Virus record (IMG/VR): IMGVR_UViG_2786546475_000032
Span: 1 to 64,000 of that record
Strand: one strand, 5' to 3'
DNA length: 64,000 bases
Origin: a virus
Taxonomy: Duplodnaviria; Caudoviricetes
Position numbers and translations under genes: made by a program. Every line of letters starts with the position of its first letter. Positions within the stretch are counted from its first letter, which is position 1. The notes below the pieces were generated by a model. The model was not told the origin of the DNA. It did not search any database and was given only the letters and a program-made list of their open reading frames with translations. Of the stretch, positions 1-12,100 are shown piece by piece.

Positions 1-11
1 ATACAGTTGTT

Positions 12-1478
12 TTGTTTAAACCTGACAATTCGGCTAATGGAGTTACTGAATTACAAGGTGTTTACGGTTCGGGTGATTTTGCTTCAACAGGTGATGGTAA
101 GCAAGTTTTAGATGATAAATACTGGCTTGTAAACACAACTCATCAAACGAATATTGTCGCTGGTGGAATTATCATTGGAGACTTGACAATTGATGCGCTT
201 TGCATGTATAATCTGAGCACGACTTACATACTCTCTTCAAGATCGTCGGGCGAGAGTGCCGCAACAGATTACAACTTCGAGGTTAGAGTAAGCAATTCAA
301 CAGATTTTACAGTCTTCTTTGAGGCTGATACCAGTAACTACACTTTTGTTTACGAACTTCCTGATGAAAATGGGTTAAAAAGAAATGAACCTTTTTGGGT
401 AAAGTTTATTAGAGAGGACAATGGAGATGGTACGGCGAATCATTATCTACTGGTAAAACGTATTGGAGATGATGATTACAAGTTTCTTAGAGTTGGTAGT
501 ATTTCAGATAATACAGATACAGCGGAACTATCACCATCTGGAACCTATGTTACATCTGATTTTTCAACAGATTCCTCATCTAACTACTTATACTTCGCTC
601 AGGGAACGTCGCCTATTAGAATGATCTCGATGAAGGATTCGGCAATTGTTCCAGATCATGAAAATGCTTCAGCGACTTATTATTCAACCGTCGCTGCTGC
701 TGTAGCTGCTGCAAATAGCGTTGCTCATGAAGAAGGTGATTTAGTTGGTGTAAGTTGGGAAGCTGATGATTACACAGACGCTTGGTCTACATATGGTACA
801 GTTCAAGCTGATGGAAGTATCTCTCCAGATCTTTTATCATTTGATGGTGGGATTCCTTTCAAAGCTCTAGGATTTACCTTCTCGACCTATGATGGTGACG
901 CTATTCCACTAAATGGAGATGGCTACCCCGAATTCGATACTACAGTTTTAACTCAGTATTCAGCTTTACAAGTAGAAGGGTTGACAATCAATGGTATCTT
1001 GGATTGTGAAGTACATGTAGAAACGGATTTAGATTCTATCCCTAATGACGCTGCAAATTCTATTATTGGATTTGGTGTTATTCAACAAGCTCCTGATAGT
1101 GGAGATTCTTATGTAGGGATAAGGAAAGTTTCGGGAATCATTTACAGGTTCTTTGAACAGGATGATGGTGAAACACAACAGGCTTCATTGGGTATCACGA
1201 GTTTGAAAGGTGGTTTAAGGTTTAACACCTTTATTAGAAATAACTCGCCTCTAGGGACTGCGGAGCCTAATATTTACTTGGGTGTTCAAGAGAGATCTCC
1301 AGACTATACCACATCGCAAGCTTCGGCAGATTGGGAAACAAGGCATGGCGATTGGACAAGTGGGGATGGCCCCGAATCTATCATTGTTCTTTATGGTTAC
1401 GACTCCAGTGTTGCAGGGACGGGTACAGGAACCTTCACGAGACTTCGTTTAACCGCGAATAGTATTACTTATGATTAA
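12..1478 (+). CDS. C-terminal part of a large virion/tail-associated protein (5' end outside window)
   Basis: Frame is open to the window edge; S/T/G/D-rich, beta-strand-like composition typical of phage structural proteins; no catalytic motif recognised. Confidence 0.5.
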   Translation: MFKPDNSANGVTELQGVYGSGDFASTGDGKQVLDDKYWLVNTTHQTNIVAGGIIIGDLTIDALCMYNLSTTYILSSRSSGESAATDYNFEVRVSNSTDFTVFFEADTSNYTFVYELPDENGLKRNEPFWVKFIREDNGDGTANHYLLVKRIGDDDYKFLRVGSISDNTDTAELSPSGTYVTSDFSTDSSSNYLYFAQGTSPIRMISMKDSAIVPDHENASATYYSTVAAAVAAANSVAHEEGDLVGVSWEADDYTDAWSTYGTVQADGSISPDLLSFDGGIPFKALGFTFSTYDGDAIPLNGDGYPEFDTTVLTQYSALQVEGLTINGILDCEVHVETDLDSIPNDAANSIIGFGVIQQAPDSGDSYVGIRKVSGIIYRFFEQDDGETQQASLGITSLKGGLRFNTFIRNNSPLGTAEPNIYLGVQERSPDYTTSQASADWETRHGDWTSGDGPESIIVLYGYDSSVAGTGTGTFTRLRLTANSITYD

Positions 1479-2070
1479 ATCACCAAGAGTTTGTACAAAT
1501 GCTTTGGAGATGACTGAACCAAATATTCCTTATTTGAATCAACTCCTCTCCAAGTATAAGTTTATCCTCGCAATGGGAACACACGCATCTGGGAAAACAA
1601 CCTTGATGTCTAGGTATAAAGGAAAACCAAATGGTACATTAAGTTATTGGAGAAGAGAACCTATTTTAAAGATGTTGGAATTTCATGGTCAACCAGATCC
1701 TAGATTCTTTAACAGTATTAAAAAGTTTGAAGACGATATCATTCCTGAATTGATAGATAAGACATTTAATACAGTTGTTGTAGAGAGTTGGGCAACGGTA
1801 AGATCTACTAGAAATCACTTTTTAAAGTTTGCGGATAATCTAAAGACATGTTGTCTGGTCTTCGATGGACCTACAGATCTTATCGTGCAAAGAGCTATAA
1901 AAGATAATAAACTAGGTTATGGAGATAGAGAAATGCAGGTATTTATTGAAGATCAACAATATAAAACAATTTGGCCAACCTTTGAAGAAGGTTGGAATGA
2001 TATCTATTATGTAAACACTTTCGGAAAGGCTGGTCAGGATTATCTAGCCAGTATATGCCGAATTGTATAG
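1471..2070 (+). CDS. P-loop kinase (AAA_33/polynucleotide-kinase-like)
   Basis: Walker A GTHASGKT, VVVES Walker-B-like strand, R-x3-R lid, C-terminal PTFEEGW resembling PNK-like kinases. Confidence 0.65.
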   Translation: MIKSPRVCTNALEMTEPNIPYLNQLLSKYKFILAMGTHASGKTTLMSRYKGKPNGTLSYWRREPILKMLEFHGQPDPRFFNSIKKFEDDIIPELIDKTFNTVVVESWATVRSTRNHFLKFADNLKTCCLVFDGPTDLIVQRAIKDNKLGYGDREMQVFIEDQQYKTIWPTFEEGWNDIYYVNTFGKAGQDYLASICRIV

Positions 2071-2078
2071 GGAGAATT

Positions 2079-3599
2079 ATGGCTTGTATTAATTGGACTG
2101 AAGAACTCATTGAAGAGGCTATTAAACTATTGCAAAGTGGTGAATATAAAACCGTATCCGAGGTTGCTAAAAATCTGTCGGTGAGGTGTTCGCCTAGTGC
2201 TCTAAGACACGCTTTTGAAAGATTTTCTAGGAAATCACCTTCATATTACCTTTATGTAACCGATGCCGAACCAGATCTAGATAAGACTCATGTTTATGAG
2301 GATAAGGTTATCTATAAAGATGGTGAATACATCATCGACTGTAATGGTCGAACATATTCACTAACTACAGAAGATGCTGAGTATTTGGTATTCTTATACT
2401 CTTCCAAAGTCGGTGAGGGATTAACTGGTGAAGAAACAGCTTCTCAACTCGCGCTCACCGAAGGCTTATACATTCCTGAGAACGTGGTTAGATTCTTTTT
2501 GAGGGATCAGGGTGTAAGCAAAAACAATACTTTCTGCTTGAAGCATCAAGAGGGGATGAATCCACTTGACATCGAGCATGAAATGGTGTATAAAGGGAGG
2601 GTGTTTCGAGAGAAGTTCGCCCGAGATTACAAGGTAGATTTGGCGCAAGCTGAATTGAAATATCTTCGGAAGAAATTCAACGGTTTAACGAGTTTGTTAA
2701 CACAACTCGAAGATACCTTAGAAATCCCTGTTGAAGAAGATTTTCCAGCGGCACCTACTGACGTAAAGAGTGATAAGGTCAGGATCATTCCTATTGCAGA
2801 TTTTCACGCTGGTGTTAAAATTGATCCTTCCTCGGTGAACTTTTGGAACGACTACAATAAGGAAGTCCTCAAGATGAGGATTTCAAAAATCTGTTCTATT
2901 ATTGAAGAGGCTGACTATGAAGATGTAACAAGGATTCATGTAGCGTTTTTGGGTGACTTGTTCGAGGCTCTCCTTGGCAATATGAGAGCGGGGCAGTATT
3001 TAACAATGGATGCTTTCGGAGTAGAGCAATACCTCTTGGTAAGAGATTCGATGTGTCAAATTCTTAAATCTGTAAGGAGGGTTCAAGTACGAAATAACAT
3101 TCCTACAGTAACTTGTATTGGTCAAGGTGGGAATCACGATCGTCTTCTTCAAGAGAAGAGCTACAATTCTGAAGATATTGTTAATTTCATGTTGATGGAT
3201 CGTGTCGCAGCAGAGTTTAAAACCTGTGATAACTTCCATATCGGTGCTGGAGGTGTCGTACACGGTATTAACTTCGCGACGGGTATGTCATTACTTTCAA
3301 GACACGGGCATAAGTCTGGTTTGAAGTCAAATGGTGAGGTAGATAGCTTTATTAACCTGTGGAAGCCAAAGGATCAATACTTTACACCTAACCGTACCCT
3401 TGTTGTAAAAGGACACCTTCACAACTTTAATATGAAGACTGGTCCTAATTGGAGGGTTATTACAGTACCTTCGATCATCGGTGATACTGAATTTGGTACA
3501 CAAAAACTGAATAAGGGTGCTCCACCCGAGTTTATCATGATCGATTCTGATACAAATGGTGAAAAAATTGTTGGTCCATTCTCGCTCAATATTAAATAA
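2079..3599 (+). CDS. Calcineurin-like metallophosphoesterase with N-terminal HTH-like region
   Basis: Motifs ADFH, GDLFE, GNHD, HGH and GHLH; start moved to ATG 2079 behind GGAG RBS. Confidence 0.8.
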   Translation: MACINWTEELIEEAIKLLQSGEYKTVSEVAKNLSVRCSPSALRHAFERFSRKSPSYYLYVTDAEPDLDKTHVYEDKVIYKDGEYIIDCNGRTYSLTTEDAEYLVFLYSSKVGEGLTGEETASQLALTEGLYIPENVVRFFLRDQGVSKNNTFCLKHQEGMNPLDIEHEMVYKGRVFREKFARDYKVDLAQAELKYLRKKFNGLTSLLTQLEDTLEIPVEEDFPAAPTDVKSDKVRIIPIADFHAGVKIDPSSVNFWNDYNKEVLKMRISKICSIIEEADYEDVTRIHVAFLGDLFEALLGNMRAGQYLTMDAFGVEQYLLVRDSMCQILKSVRRVQVRNNIPTVTCIGQGGNHDRLLQEKSYNSEDIVNFMLMDRVAAEFKTCDNFHIGAGGVVHGINFATGMSLLSRHGHKSGLKSNGEVDSFINLWKPKDQYFTPNRTLVVKGHLHNFNMKTGPNWRVITVPSIIGDTEFGTQKLNKGAPPEFIMIDSDTNGEKIVGPFSLNIK

Positions 3600-4093
3600 C
3601 ACGGAGAGTAAGAGGCTGTTGAAGGATATTGTTATTATTATGCAATCATTTTCCTTCAAGACATTCTTCAACAGTGCTTACATACACACACTTGTACCTA
3701 AGTTAAAGAGGATACCTAAATGGAATAGTTACGATGATAAAGATTTAAGTATTGCTATTGAACAGTTAGATGGTTTAAAGTTTGGATTCTACAAGGTAGA
3801 AATCGAAAAAGGTATTTTGGTGTTAAAATGAATAATAAGGTAGTAAAAATGAATAATGAAAAGACTTTTGTAAAGATTATTGACGTGAAGGATCTCAAGC
3901 CAACCGATAAGATTGTTTCTTACGGTTTTGTAAATGGTGAGAGCGTCGCTATTGATTGGGATATTAAAGATTTGTTCCAGATGAATGGTATCAATCGCTG
4001 GACACAAAGCTATAAGAATCCTGATATGAAGAAAGCAGTTGTGTGTGAACGAATTAAACTAGATGGCGTAAAAGTCGGGGTAAGGGTTACTGA

Positions 4094-4822
4094 ATGATTC
4101 TAGAAAAGATCAAGTTCTACAGCAAGTTTGGTCCAAAGTTCCATCCCGTTCGCGCAAACGATGCAGCAGCGGGTTGGGATCTTATTACCCCGGTGGATAT
4201 CTTTTTACCACCGGGGACTAAGATGAAGGTTGATACAGGGATTGTTATCGACCTTTCCGAAGCCTATCCTAAAAACCAGTTGTACACAAAACTCCAACTC
4301 CGCTCATCTGGAGGAGATAAGAAGAATTTAGAACTTCATAGAGATGATGGATTGGGTTTAACAACAACTGAAGGAATTATTGATCAAGACTATTGTGGAG
4401 GACAGGATACTTTAAAGGCTAATATTTTTGCCAGACCAGATATGGATGAGTATTTGGGGTTTATTGATTTCAACACTGGTGAAAAAACTCCCGGTATTGG
4501 AGATATCCTTAGAGAAGATGGAGAATATTATTCAAGAGTTTATCCACCGGGTAGAACACACTATTTTAAAAAGTGCTTTACTTGTGTTTCAGACTGGCTT
4601 CGTTATGAAAAGGGTGAAAGATTCGCTCAAATCATCATACAGGAACATCATTCGAATAATCAAGTCGAGTATGGAAACTGGTATTCCATTAAAGATCGGG
4701 AAGGGCGAGGTGGAATTGGATCAACAGGTAATGGCGTTGAAGGATCAACAAGACCTGATGTTAATGTACAAAGACCTAAGAATCAATTTCGAAAAGACTC
4801 TCAAGGAATTAGCAATAAATGA
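4094..4822 (+). CDS. dut: Trimeric dUTPase
   Basis: Five dUTPase motifs in order: AAGWDL, LRSSG, GIIDQDYCG, RFAQII, RGGIGSTG; long insertion between motifs III and IV. Confidence 0.88.
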   Translation: MILEKIKFYSKFGPKFHPVRANDAAAGWDLITPVDIFLPPGTKMKVDTGIVIDLSEAYPKNQLYTKLQLRSSGGDKKNLELHRDDGLGLTTTEGIIDQDYCGGQDTLKANIFARPDMDEYLGFIDFNTGEKTPGIGDILREDGEYYSRVYPPGRTHYFKKCFTCVSDWLRYEKGERFAQIIIQEHHSNNQVEYGNWYSIKDREGRGGIGSTGNGVEGSTRPDVNVQRPKNQFRKDSQGISNK

Positions 4823-6324
4823 TTAATATTTTAGTAGATAAAGCTTTAAAGAAGTTTGTAAAACATTTAGCAGCGAGCGCTGCTACAGTTATGGTATTGA
4901 AAGTTGCTGACGTTGCTGGTGATGCTATTAGTGATTATTTATTTCCCCAAGAGCCTCCACCTTTTATTCCTTCACCACCACCACCGGAGGAAACAACTGG
5001 AGTCAAACATGAAGTAAACATCAATATCAATTCAAATAATTGTAAATGTTGTATGGAGGAAGAATGAGTAGAATGGTGACGCTCGATGGTTATGTAAGCA
5101 TCGGTTTGGTAGGTTGTAAAAAGAAAATCGAATACGAAGTAGATTTGGATTGGATTTTTGATGAAGATTACAACCCGACTGTACAAGAGATCGAAGAGGC
5201 GTGTGAAGAAGGTTTTTGGGAAGCTGCTATGGAAGAGATTGAAGTGTGGTTTAAGGTAGAGGGTTATGAAGAACCTTAATTCATTCCTGACCTCACCAGC
5301 TCGGCTGGCAAGGGTTGGTGCGTTTGATGTAGAAACTAAAATCACTATTGTAGATGGTAATGAGGAAGCTTTCTTCGATCCTTCGGAAAGCTTGGTAACT
5401 CATCCCCACTATTTTCAATATATTACTGAAAAAGTAGAAGAAAGAATTGAACAATTAGAAGATATTGATGAAATTTCAAAAGTCGTCACAGAACTTTTCA
5501 GGTATTGTCTAAGAAACGGTGTCTTATTCTTCGCGGATGAGATGGAAAGTTTCGACTTGGATTATGAAGGTGATATTCTTTATGCGTTCGATCAAACATT
5601 AGCAAAGTTAAAAGAGGCACCGAATTAGGAGATAAGATGGAAGCACAAGAATATGTAGAGAGTATCATCAATGGCATTCTAGATGACAGTATGACAATCG
5701 CGCAAGGTAAATCAAACGCTTTCGAGCTATTTTCAGGAAGTGTTATCAATCAAAAACAATTTGATGAAATCATGACTTGTATCCGCGAGGTTCAAACTGT
5801 TCAACAGGATATGGCAAATTCCGAAGATGGTGATGGATATTGGAATTACGACTCATCACCTTATGATTGGGATGAGTTTCGTGAGAACTATTTAGAAGCT
5901 CTTCGAGAGGGTGGTAATCCATACGCCTTCGCAGAATTCTCTTCTGAAGATTATGATGAACGTGACGATGATTATGAAATGTTTTCTATTGGTGAGGTGA
6001 AATACGAAGTTGATACTACTCCCGTGCTTGACTTGAGTGTTAGCGCAACCAATAGACTTCCTCACAATCAGGATTGATATGAGCGAGTGGGATAGTGACA
6101 GCGAAGAATCGCCAGTCTTGAATTTTCAAGAATTTCACAATAATCACCAATACACTCCCGATCTCATCTTTTATGATGATGCTGAGTTTTATCATCTCTT
6201 GGATGATTTACCCAAAGATACTCGGAAGGATTTGAAGAAAAGATTCGTAAGAATCAAATCAACACCTTACCAAGATCTGATCGACGAAAACAATAACAAA
6301 CTTTTAGAGGATAGCACAATTTAA
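4819..6324 (+). CDS. Run of five small acidic hypothetical proteins (4819, 5046, 5266, 5637, 6037)
   Basis: Abutting/overlapping ORFs with RBSs; no recognisable motifs. Confidence 0.6.
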
Positions 6325-6332
6325 AGAGTTAT

Positions 6333-6386
6333 AAGGCCACTATATAAGAATCCTAATAGGGAGTTATGTAGTGGCCTTTCTTTTTA
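6333..6386 (+). terminator. Intrinsic terminator
   Basis: aggccactatataa...ttatgtagtggcct stem followed by a T tract. Confidence 0.7.
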
Positions 6387-6414
6387 TCTACCGCTTTAAT
6401 ATAGGTTAAAAACA

Positions 6415-7068
6415 ATGATTTCAAAGTATGTAGAACAATTCCTGGCGCTAAACATTAAAGAATTCCAAAAAGGCAATTATGTCATCACATACAAACGTTG
6501 GGATAACGAAGATTTAGGTTTGGATGAACCTAGAACACTCCGGGTTTACTCAGAAGATAACGTATGTATCTACAAGCATAACAAATACTACTGTATCAAC
6601 GACTTCACCATCATGAAAAATGGTGTCTTGAAATTGGATATGGCGGAATACAAGCTAAGACAGCCTGATAAATTCGAGGGTAAGAGATTCAACCTGATTT
6701 CTCCAACGATGGATAGAGATATTGATGAGGTTTGGAAGAACCAATCATATCTATCTGAACTCTATGAGGAATACGATAAGAAAGATGTTTACAACCCCGT
6801 ATTCAAAGCTATCAGGGAACATTACGGATTCTTTGGAAGATTGGGTAGGAAGAAAGGTGAATCCATTGGCTATAGACCTAAAGAAGAACACCTTATGATT
6901 TATGATGTAGGTGTATTCTCGAAAGAATTTGTTGTTTACGGGGATTTCAAAATAAAAAATAATACAAAAGAAGATCCTTGGTGGGTCCACATCGCAAAAG
7001 GCACCAAAGATTTGGCGGGGGCCTTGACCGAGGTTGAAAAAGGTGGCGGGATCACTATTTCCGATTGA
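6415..7068 (+). CDS. Hypothetical protein
   Basis: 217-aa ORF after the terminator; no motif recognised. Confidence 0.6.
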   Translation: MISKYVEQFLALNIKEFQKGNYVITYKRWDNEDLGLDEPRTLRVYSEDNVCIYKHNKYYCINDFTIMKNGVLKLDMAEYKLRQPDKFEGKRFNLISPTMDRDIDEVWKNQSYLSELYEEYDKKDVYNPVFKAIREHYGFFGRLGRKKGESIGYRPKEEHLMIYDVGVFSKEFVVYGDFKIKNNTKEDPWWVHIAKGTKDLAGALTEVEKGGGITISD

Positions 7069-7083
7069 CGGGAGGTTGATTTT

Positions 7084-7419
7084 ATGATATGGTGTTTGAC
7101 AGGATCGAGGGATTTGACTGATAGGGATTTTATCTATCAAGCTCTCGATAAAAGAAAAGAAAGAATTTCTAAAATCATCGTGGGTGATGCAGATGGTGTA
7201 GATGCTTTAGTAATCGCTTGGTGTGTAAAGAATGATATCCCTTTTGAGGTGTATTATAGGCGATATGAGAGTAAGTCAGCTTACAAAAGAAATGGAAGAT
7301 TGGCTAAGGATTGTGATATAACACTAGCGTTATATTCTGGAAACACAAGGGGGACAAACAATACGGTTTACCAAGTGGCTTATCTGAATAAAATTGTAGA
7401 GTATGAATATTATGAATGA
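7084..7419 (+). CDS. SLOG/YspA-like (DUF2493) protein
   Basis: TGSRD...GDADGVD...RN...TRGT pattern of YspA-like SLOG proteins. Confidence 0.75.
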   Translation: MIWCLTGSRDLTDRDFIYQALDKRKERISKIIVGDADGVDALVIAWCVKNDIPFEVYYRRYESKSAYKRNGRLAKDCDITLALYSGNTRGTNNTVYQVAYLNKIVEYEYYE

Positions 7420-8083
7420 TGAAGAAATTGAAGAGGTTGAGGAGATTGAAGATAAACCTTCTTTCGAAGAGCTTAAAGCGGAGATGGTTACGTTCTTTTG
7501 TCTCCTAATGATTAGATCTGGTGTAGCAGCGCTCCTTGTATACTATATCTATTTTATGTCGAAATATCAATTAGATTTCGCATCCTGCTTATTCCTATTT
7601 GATGTTTGGCTATTTGTCTTACTCGCTGGAATCCATTACGAACAAGAGGTTAAAAAACATGCTAAGTGATGTCATCGCTAAAGAAAAGAAGTTGAACGTT
7701 AAATTCATGGAGTTTGTTCAAAATGAGATTCAGCAAGATGGATCTCTAGGAGATCTCTTTAAGTCTCTACTACAAAAGGATAGTGAAAGGGATCTCAAAA
7801 CTCTTAACTTCCTCATTAATAGTTTTGAAAGAGAGATTGAACTATTCGAGATCTCACCTCTTTGGTATTGCCAGTCAGGTAGGTGGAATGAAGCGATTCT
7901 TTGCGCTAGTGAGATTTGTAAACGCCAATATCGACGTATGGCGGATCGTTTAGAAGTGGGTGTTTCAACAATTGTATTATGGGGTTCATACAAGATCCCT
8001 CATAAAGTTGTTGCCGGACACGCTTTAAAAGAATGTCTAGAAGTTTTAAAAGAAGATAGAGAGGAAGTCTTGGAGGGTATGAA

Positions 8084-8254
8084 ATGAAATATGTAACACT
8101 TGCTTTATCAACGCTCTCAGCTATGACAGCTATGATTGTTTCTACAAGCATTGTTGATATAGAACCTATCATTAAGGTTATTATTCTAACAGCTTTAATC
8201 CTGACAACTACCGTTACAGCCTCTTTAGCAGGTAGTCTTTTCGAGGAGGATTGA
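8084..8254 (+). CDS. Small membrane protein (56 aa, not in ORF track)
   Basis: ATG overlaps the previous stop (atga); two hydrophobic segments MKYVTLALSTL...IILTALILTTTV. Confidence 0.6.
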   Translation: MKYVTLALSTLSAMTAMIVSTSIVDIEPIIKVIILTALILTTTVTASLAGSLFEED

Positions 8255-8682
8255 TATGGGTACAACTATTGTAAACCTTAAAGAATCTTGGTTCGAATAC
8301 AGCTCCATATCTGACACATTTGTATCCTGCGCGATGAGTCGTGAAGAAATGATCGGCTATCTCCTTTGGAATGATCATGCAGACTCCTGGGAAAGCTGGA
8401 TCAAAGATGGTCGGATGTTTAAAGAAGATATTGATTACAAGTTGTTGGATATTTCTAGAAGGATCGAGAGGGTAGATAAAAAAGGTTCTTCTTCAAGACT
8501 TCATGAAGATGCTGAAACAGCACTTTGTGTTAATCGTGCCGGACTTAATGAAACGTACCTTGAGCCCGATCTCTTTTATAAAAGGATTTGGGCGGCTAGA
8601 GTAGAATGGTATGAAGAATATAATTGGGAGCTTTTTGAAGAGTTGCGTTTGAAATACCTTCCAGATCTTTGAGAGATAAATT

Positions 8683-9123
8683 ATGGAGTATGTGTCGAGT
8701 ATCGAAAAAAGCCCCCGTAACAAACATCTTTCCATCGCGAGGAATTTGCTTGAAAAACATCCCGATCCAGAACATCGCTACAGGCTTATTGCTGTAGGTT
8801 TTAAAGGTTCCAGGGTTATAGACTTCGGGTTTAATTCTGCCAAAACACATCCTGAAATGTTGAATCTCGCTGAGAAATTCAATATTGAAAAAATGTATCC
8901 TGATTCGACGATAAATTTTGTCTCTCAAGCCAAGCACGCTGAAATTTCCTGCTTGACGAATTGCGACGAGTGTGATACCCTGTTGGTCCTTCGATTGACG
9001 AGGGATGGTGCCTTGGCGAACGCGAAGCCTTGCAATATTTGCTTCGCCAAGATTTTAGAGAGTGGGGTAAAAAGAGTTTATTATTCCACAAAAAACGGTT
9101 TCGAGATGATGAGGTTAAATTGA
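8683..9123 (+). CDS. Zn-dependent cytidine/dCMP-deaminase-fold protein
   Basis: HAE and PCNIC zinc motifs; GVKRVYYS tail. Confidence 0.8.
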   Translation: MEYVSSIEKSPRNKHLSIARNLLEKHPDPEHRYRLIAVGFKGSRVIDFGFNSAKTHPEMLNLAEKFNIEKMYPDSTINFVSQAKHAEISCLTNCDECDTLLVLRLTRDGALANAKPCNICFAKILESGVKRVYYSTKNGFEMMRLN

Positions 9124-12100
9124 TGCTACAACAAACAAGTATTGAAACAAAGACCACCAAGAGGTATAAGATGGCGGATCATTTTGGTACACGAGATGTA
9201 GAAATTATCGACTACACACCTGAAAGGATCTCTTCAGAACAGCTTTATGAAGCTCACTCAGATCATTCAAGGCATTCAGTTATCTTTAAGATTCATGAAT
9301 TGCATTCTTTAGTTGGTGATGAAGAGTTGCTCTTGAGGCTCAACTCTATGGAACGAGTTGTTCATCGTTTCAAAGACGCTTTTATGCTAAAGAGGCTGGA
9401 TAAGGCGGAACAACAAGAGTACTTGAGCAAGTTTAAAAAGGTCTTGCGACATATTAATGTCTTGAGGGGTTATCTTCATGGTCGGATGTATCATGAGATC
9501 GAGAATAGTTCTTATGAAGTCCTTGATCCTCGTTTTTTGGAGAATATCTACCTGAGTCTTTTCTTTGGTATCGATATGAATTGGGTGGTAGAGAATACAG
9601 TTATCAGTAAAACAGGACGCCTCAACATCTTTCTGAGGAAAGCAACCTATCATACAGAAGGTTCGTATAGGCATGTATACGCACCTCTTGAAGTAGATGT
9701 CAAAAGGATGAAAGAACTCTTCAAGAAGTATGGTTTCCTTCATTATATGAATCATAAATGGGTTGGTTCGCACTTTAAACATCTTCAACACTGGATTAAA
9801 ATCAATGGAGTTGATCAAAATGCAATCTACAAATCATCGGACAATTTCGACGAGTTTCTTCGACACCTTATCATCGGAAATGCAAAATCTTTTTACTCAA
9901 ACCCGGACAACTTTCGAGCCAACCACATCCTATGTCTCAAAGAAGACGAGGATTGAGGATTACTCTCTACTAAGCTCCCTCATCGAAGACTATCAATCAC
10001 GCAAGGGTGGGGAGGTATATTACTACAGCGTGCTAGGATTTGATTATATCGAGTATACTAATGGCGATTTGAAAGCTGTTCGTAAGTTTCAAGATGGTAA
10101 GCTAAAGCACACAAGGATTGGTAAGGTATGAGTTCAAAAATTAAAGAAGTAGTCTTGTATAAGTGGGAGGAACAAGATCTTCCTATCGAAGAGCGTGAAG
10201 TTGTTTATAGCTTAAAAGCTGACTCAGGTTGGTTGAGAGAATCAACCGTTACTGGGTTCCTCATGAGGATGGATGACAGTCGATTTTTTGCACACTTTAA
10301 TTATCTTGAAGAGGATGAATTATGAGCATGAGGTATGAAATCGAGATAGGAGATCTTTTCGAGCTTAAAGAAGAACATCTCACATTGCTTTCAAAAACCT
10401 ATGTTACCTGGGATAATTGTGAGTTCGGCGCTCCATCAATCAATCCCAAAAGACCATATGGGAATAGCGATGTCATGGATGATATGAAAGATATTTTGGG
10501 TGATTATTACAGCGAAAGAGAGCTTCGAAGCTTTCATAAAGAGTTAGAGATTGCTCTTCAAATCGTTCTTCGAAATAAAACATTCGAGCCTGGAATTTTT
10601 AAACACACTTGTTATTACGAATGGGAGAGGGTTGATGCAAATTACTAATGAACAACTAGAAGATTACATGAACGCTTTGGAAAACAAGATCGATCTTTGG
10701 CATGATGGTCAATATGGTGATCTAAGTCTTCCAGAAGCGTTGGAGATGAGTGATAGTGAATACGCTCTTTACTGCAAATCTCAAAAGGCTTACGAACAAT
10801 ACTACTATATTCTGAAGCAACACCTTTACAAGCCGATTGACAAGGGTTTGAAACATATGAGGATCGGACTCTTATCACCAGCTAAAGAAAATATTGATGA
10901 GTTGGTGAAATTGTATCGAGAGAAAGGCTTCGATTGTGTGACTTATTACCGCACAACACTTCAATTCAATTCAATCCTGTAGGTTAAGCTATGAAAGTTA
11001 TTGAAAAAGGACGTGAGCAGAACGGTTGGAGCACAACATCTGAATGTTCTGGTTCAGGAAATGGTGGCGGTGGTTGTGGTACTATTCTTCTAGTCGAACA
11101 GGATGATCTCTTTGAAACCCGTTCTCACGCGAGAGATGAAACATCATGTTACGTCACCTTTGAATGTTCTGAGTGTGGCGTATGGACCGATATTGATAGA
11201 AGTAGTGTTCCATCCTGGCTTAGATCTAATTTGAAATATCGTTCACGAAACTCCAAACCATTCGATAGGTGATAACTATGAAAGAAGTAAACATTAAAGA
11301 ACTTGTAAAAGGCACGACTGCAACATTCCAAAGGTACACTGATGGTAAACTTTGGTATAAGGTAAATGATTTTGAATTCCCTATCCCGATTGAAGATACG
11401 AAAGGCGCTGTTTTCAATGCTGAGGAAAAGGGTATGACCTTGATGCGTTGGATGCGTAAACACATCGAACTTATGAAAAGTGAGGGTGAGGATGAGTGAA
11501 AGCGTACTAAAAGCCTTGAAACCTTACAAACTCCTGGCATTTGGAGTCAAGCTTACCGATTCAGGACATACAATCACGAAAGAAGAGTTCTCTCATCTTA
11601 TCAAGACCTACCTAGAAGTATCTGGGATAGAGCTTAAAGAGTTTGCTTACTCGCTTGATGTATCACCACCTACAGCACAAAGGTGGTTTGATGGTAAGAA
11701 TATGCCTTATCAAGCGTGTGCGGAAACTGTTGTGAAAACGATTGTTAAAGACTTGGCGGAGTATTATTGTGAGTGAAGATAGTAAAATCATTCTTCCAGA
11801 TAAGGAGGAGGAATATGTCGGTTTCGAGACTTATCAAACTGTAGGGGTTAGGGCTGTAATGGTCATCCACATCAATTCTTTAGGTGATGAGGAAGGGATT
11901 AGTTATCACGCTTTTAATGAAGATACGAAAAAGGAATATAGACATTCTCCAGTAGATAGTATCTTTACATTAAAGAATGAAGAACGTTGGAAAAAGAAAC
12001 CTTCTCTACAAGTTTACGCTATGTGTGATGGTAAATGTTTGGGTATTGCTTGGTTAGATGGACCAGCGCGAATCTACCCTAGTGTTCAGTGGTTTGGAAA

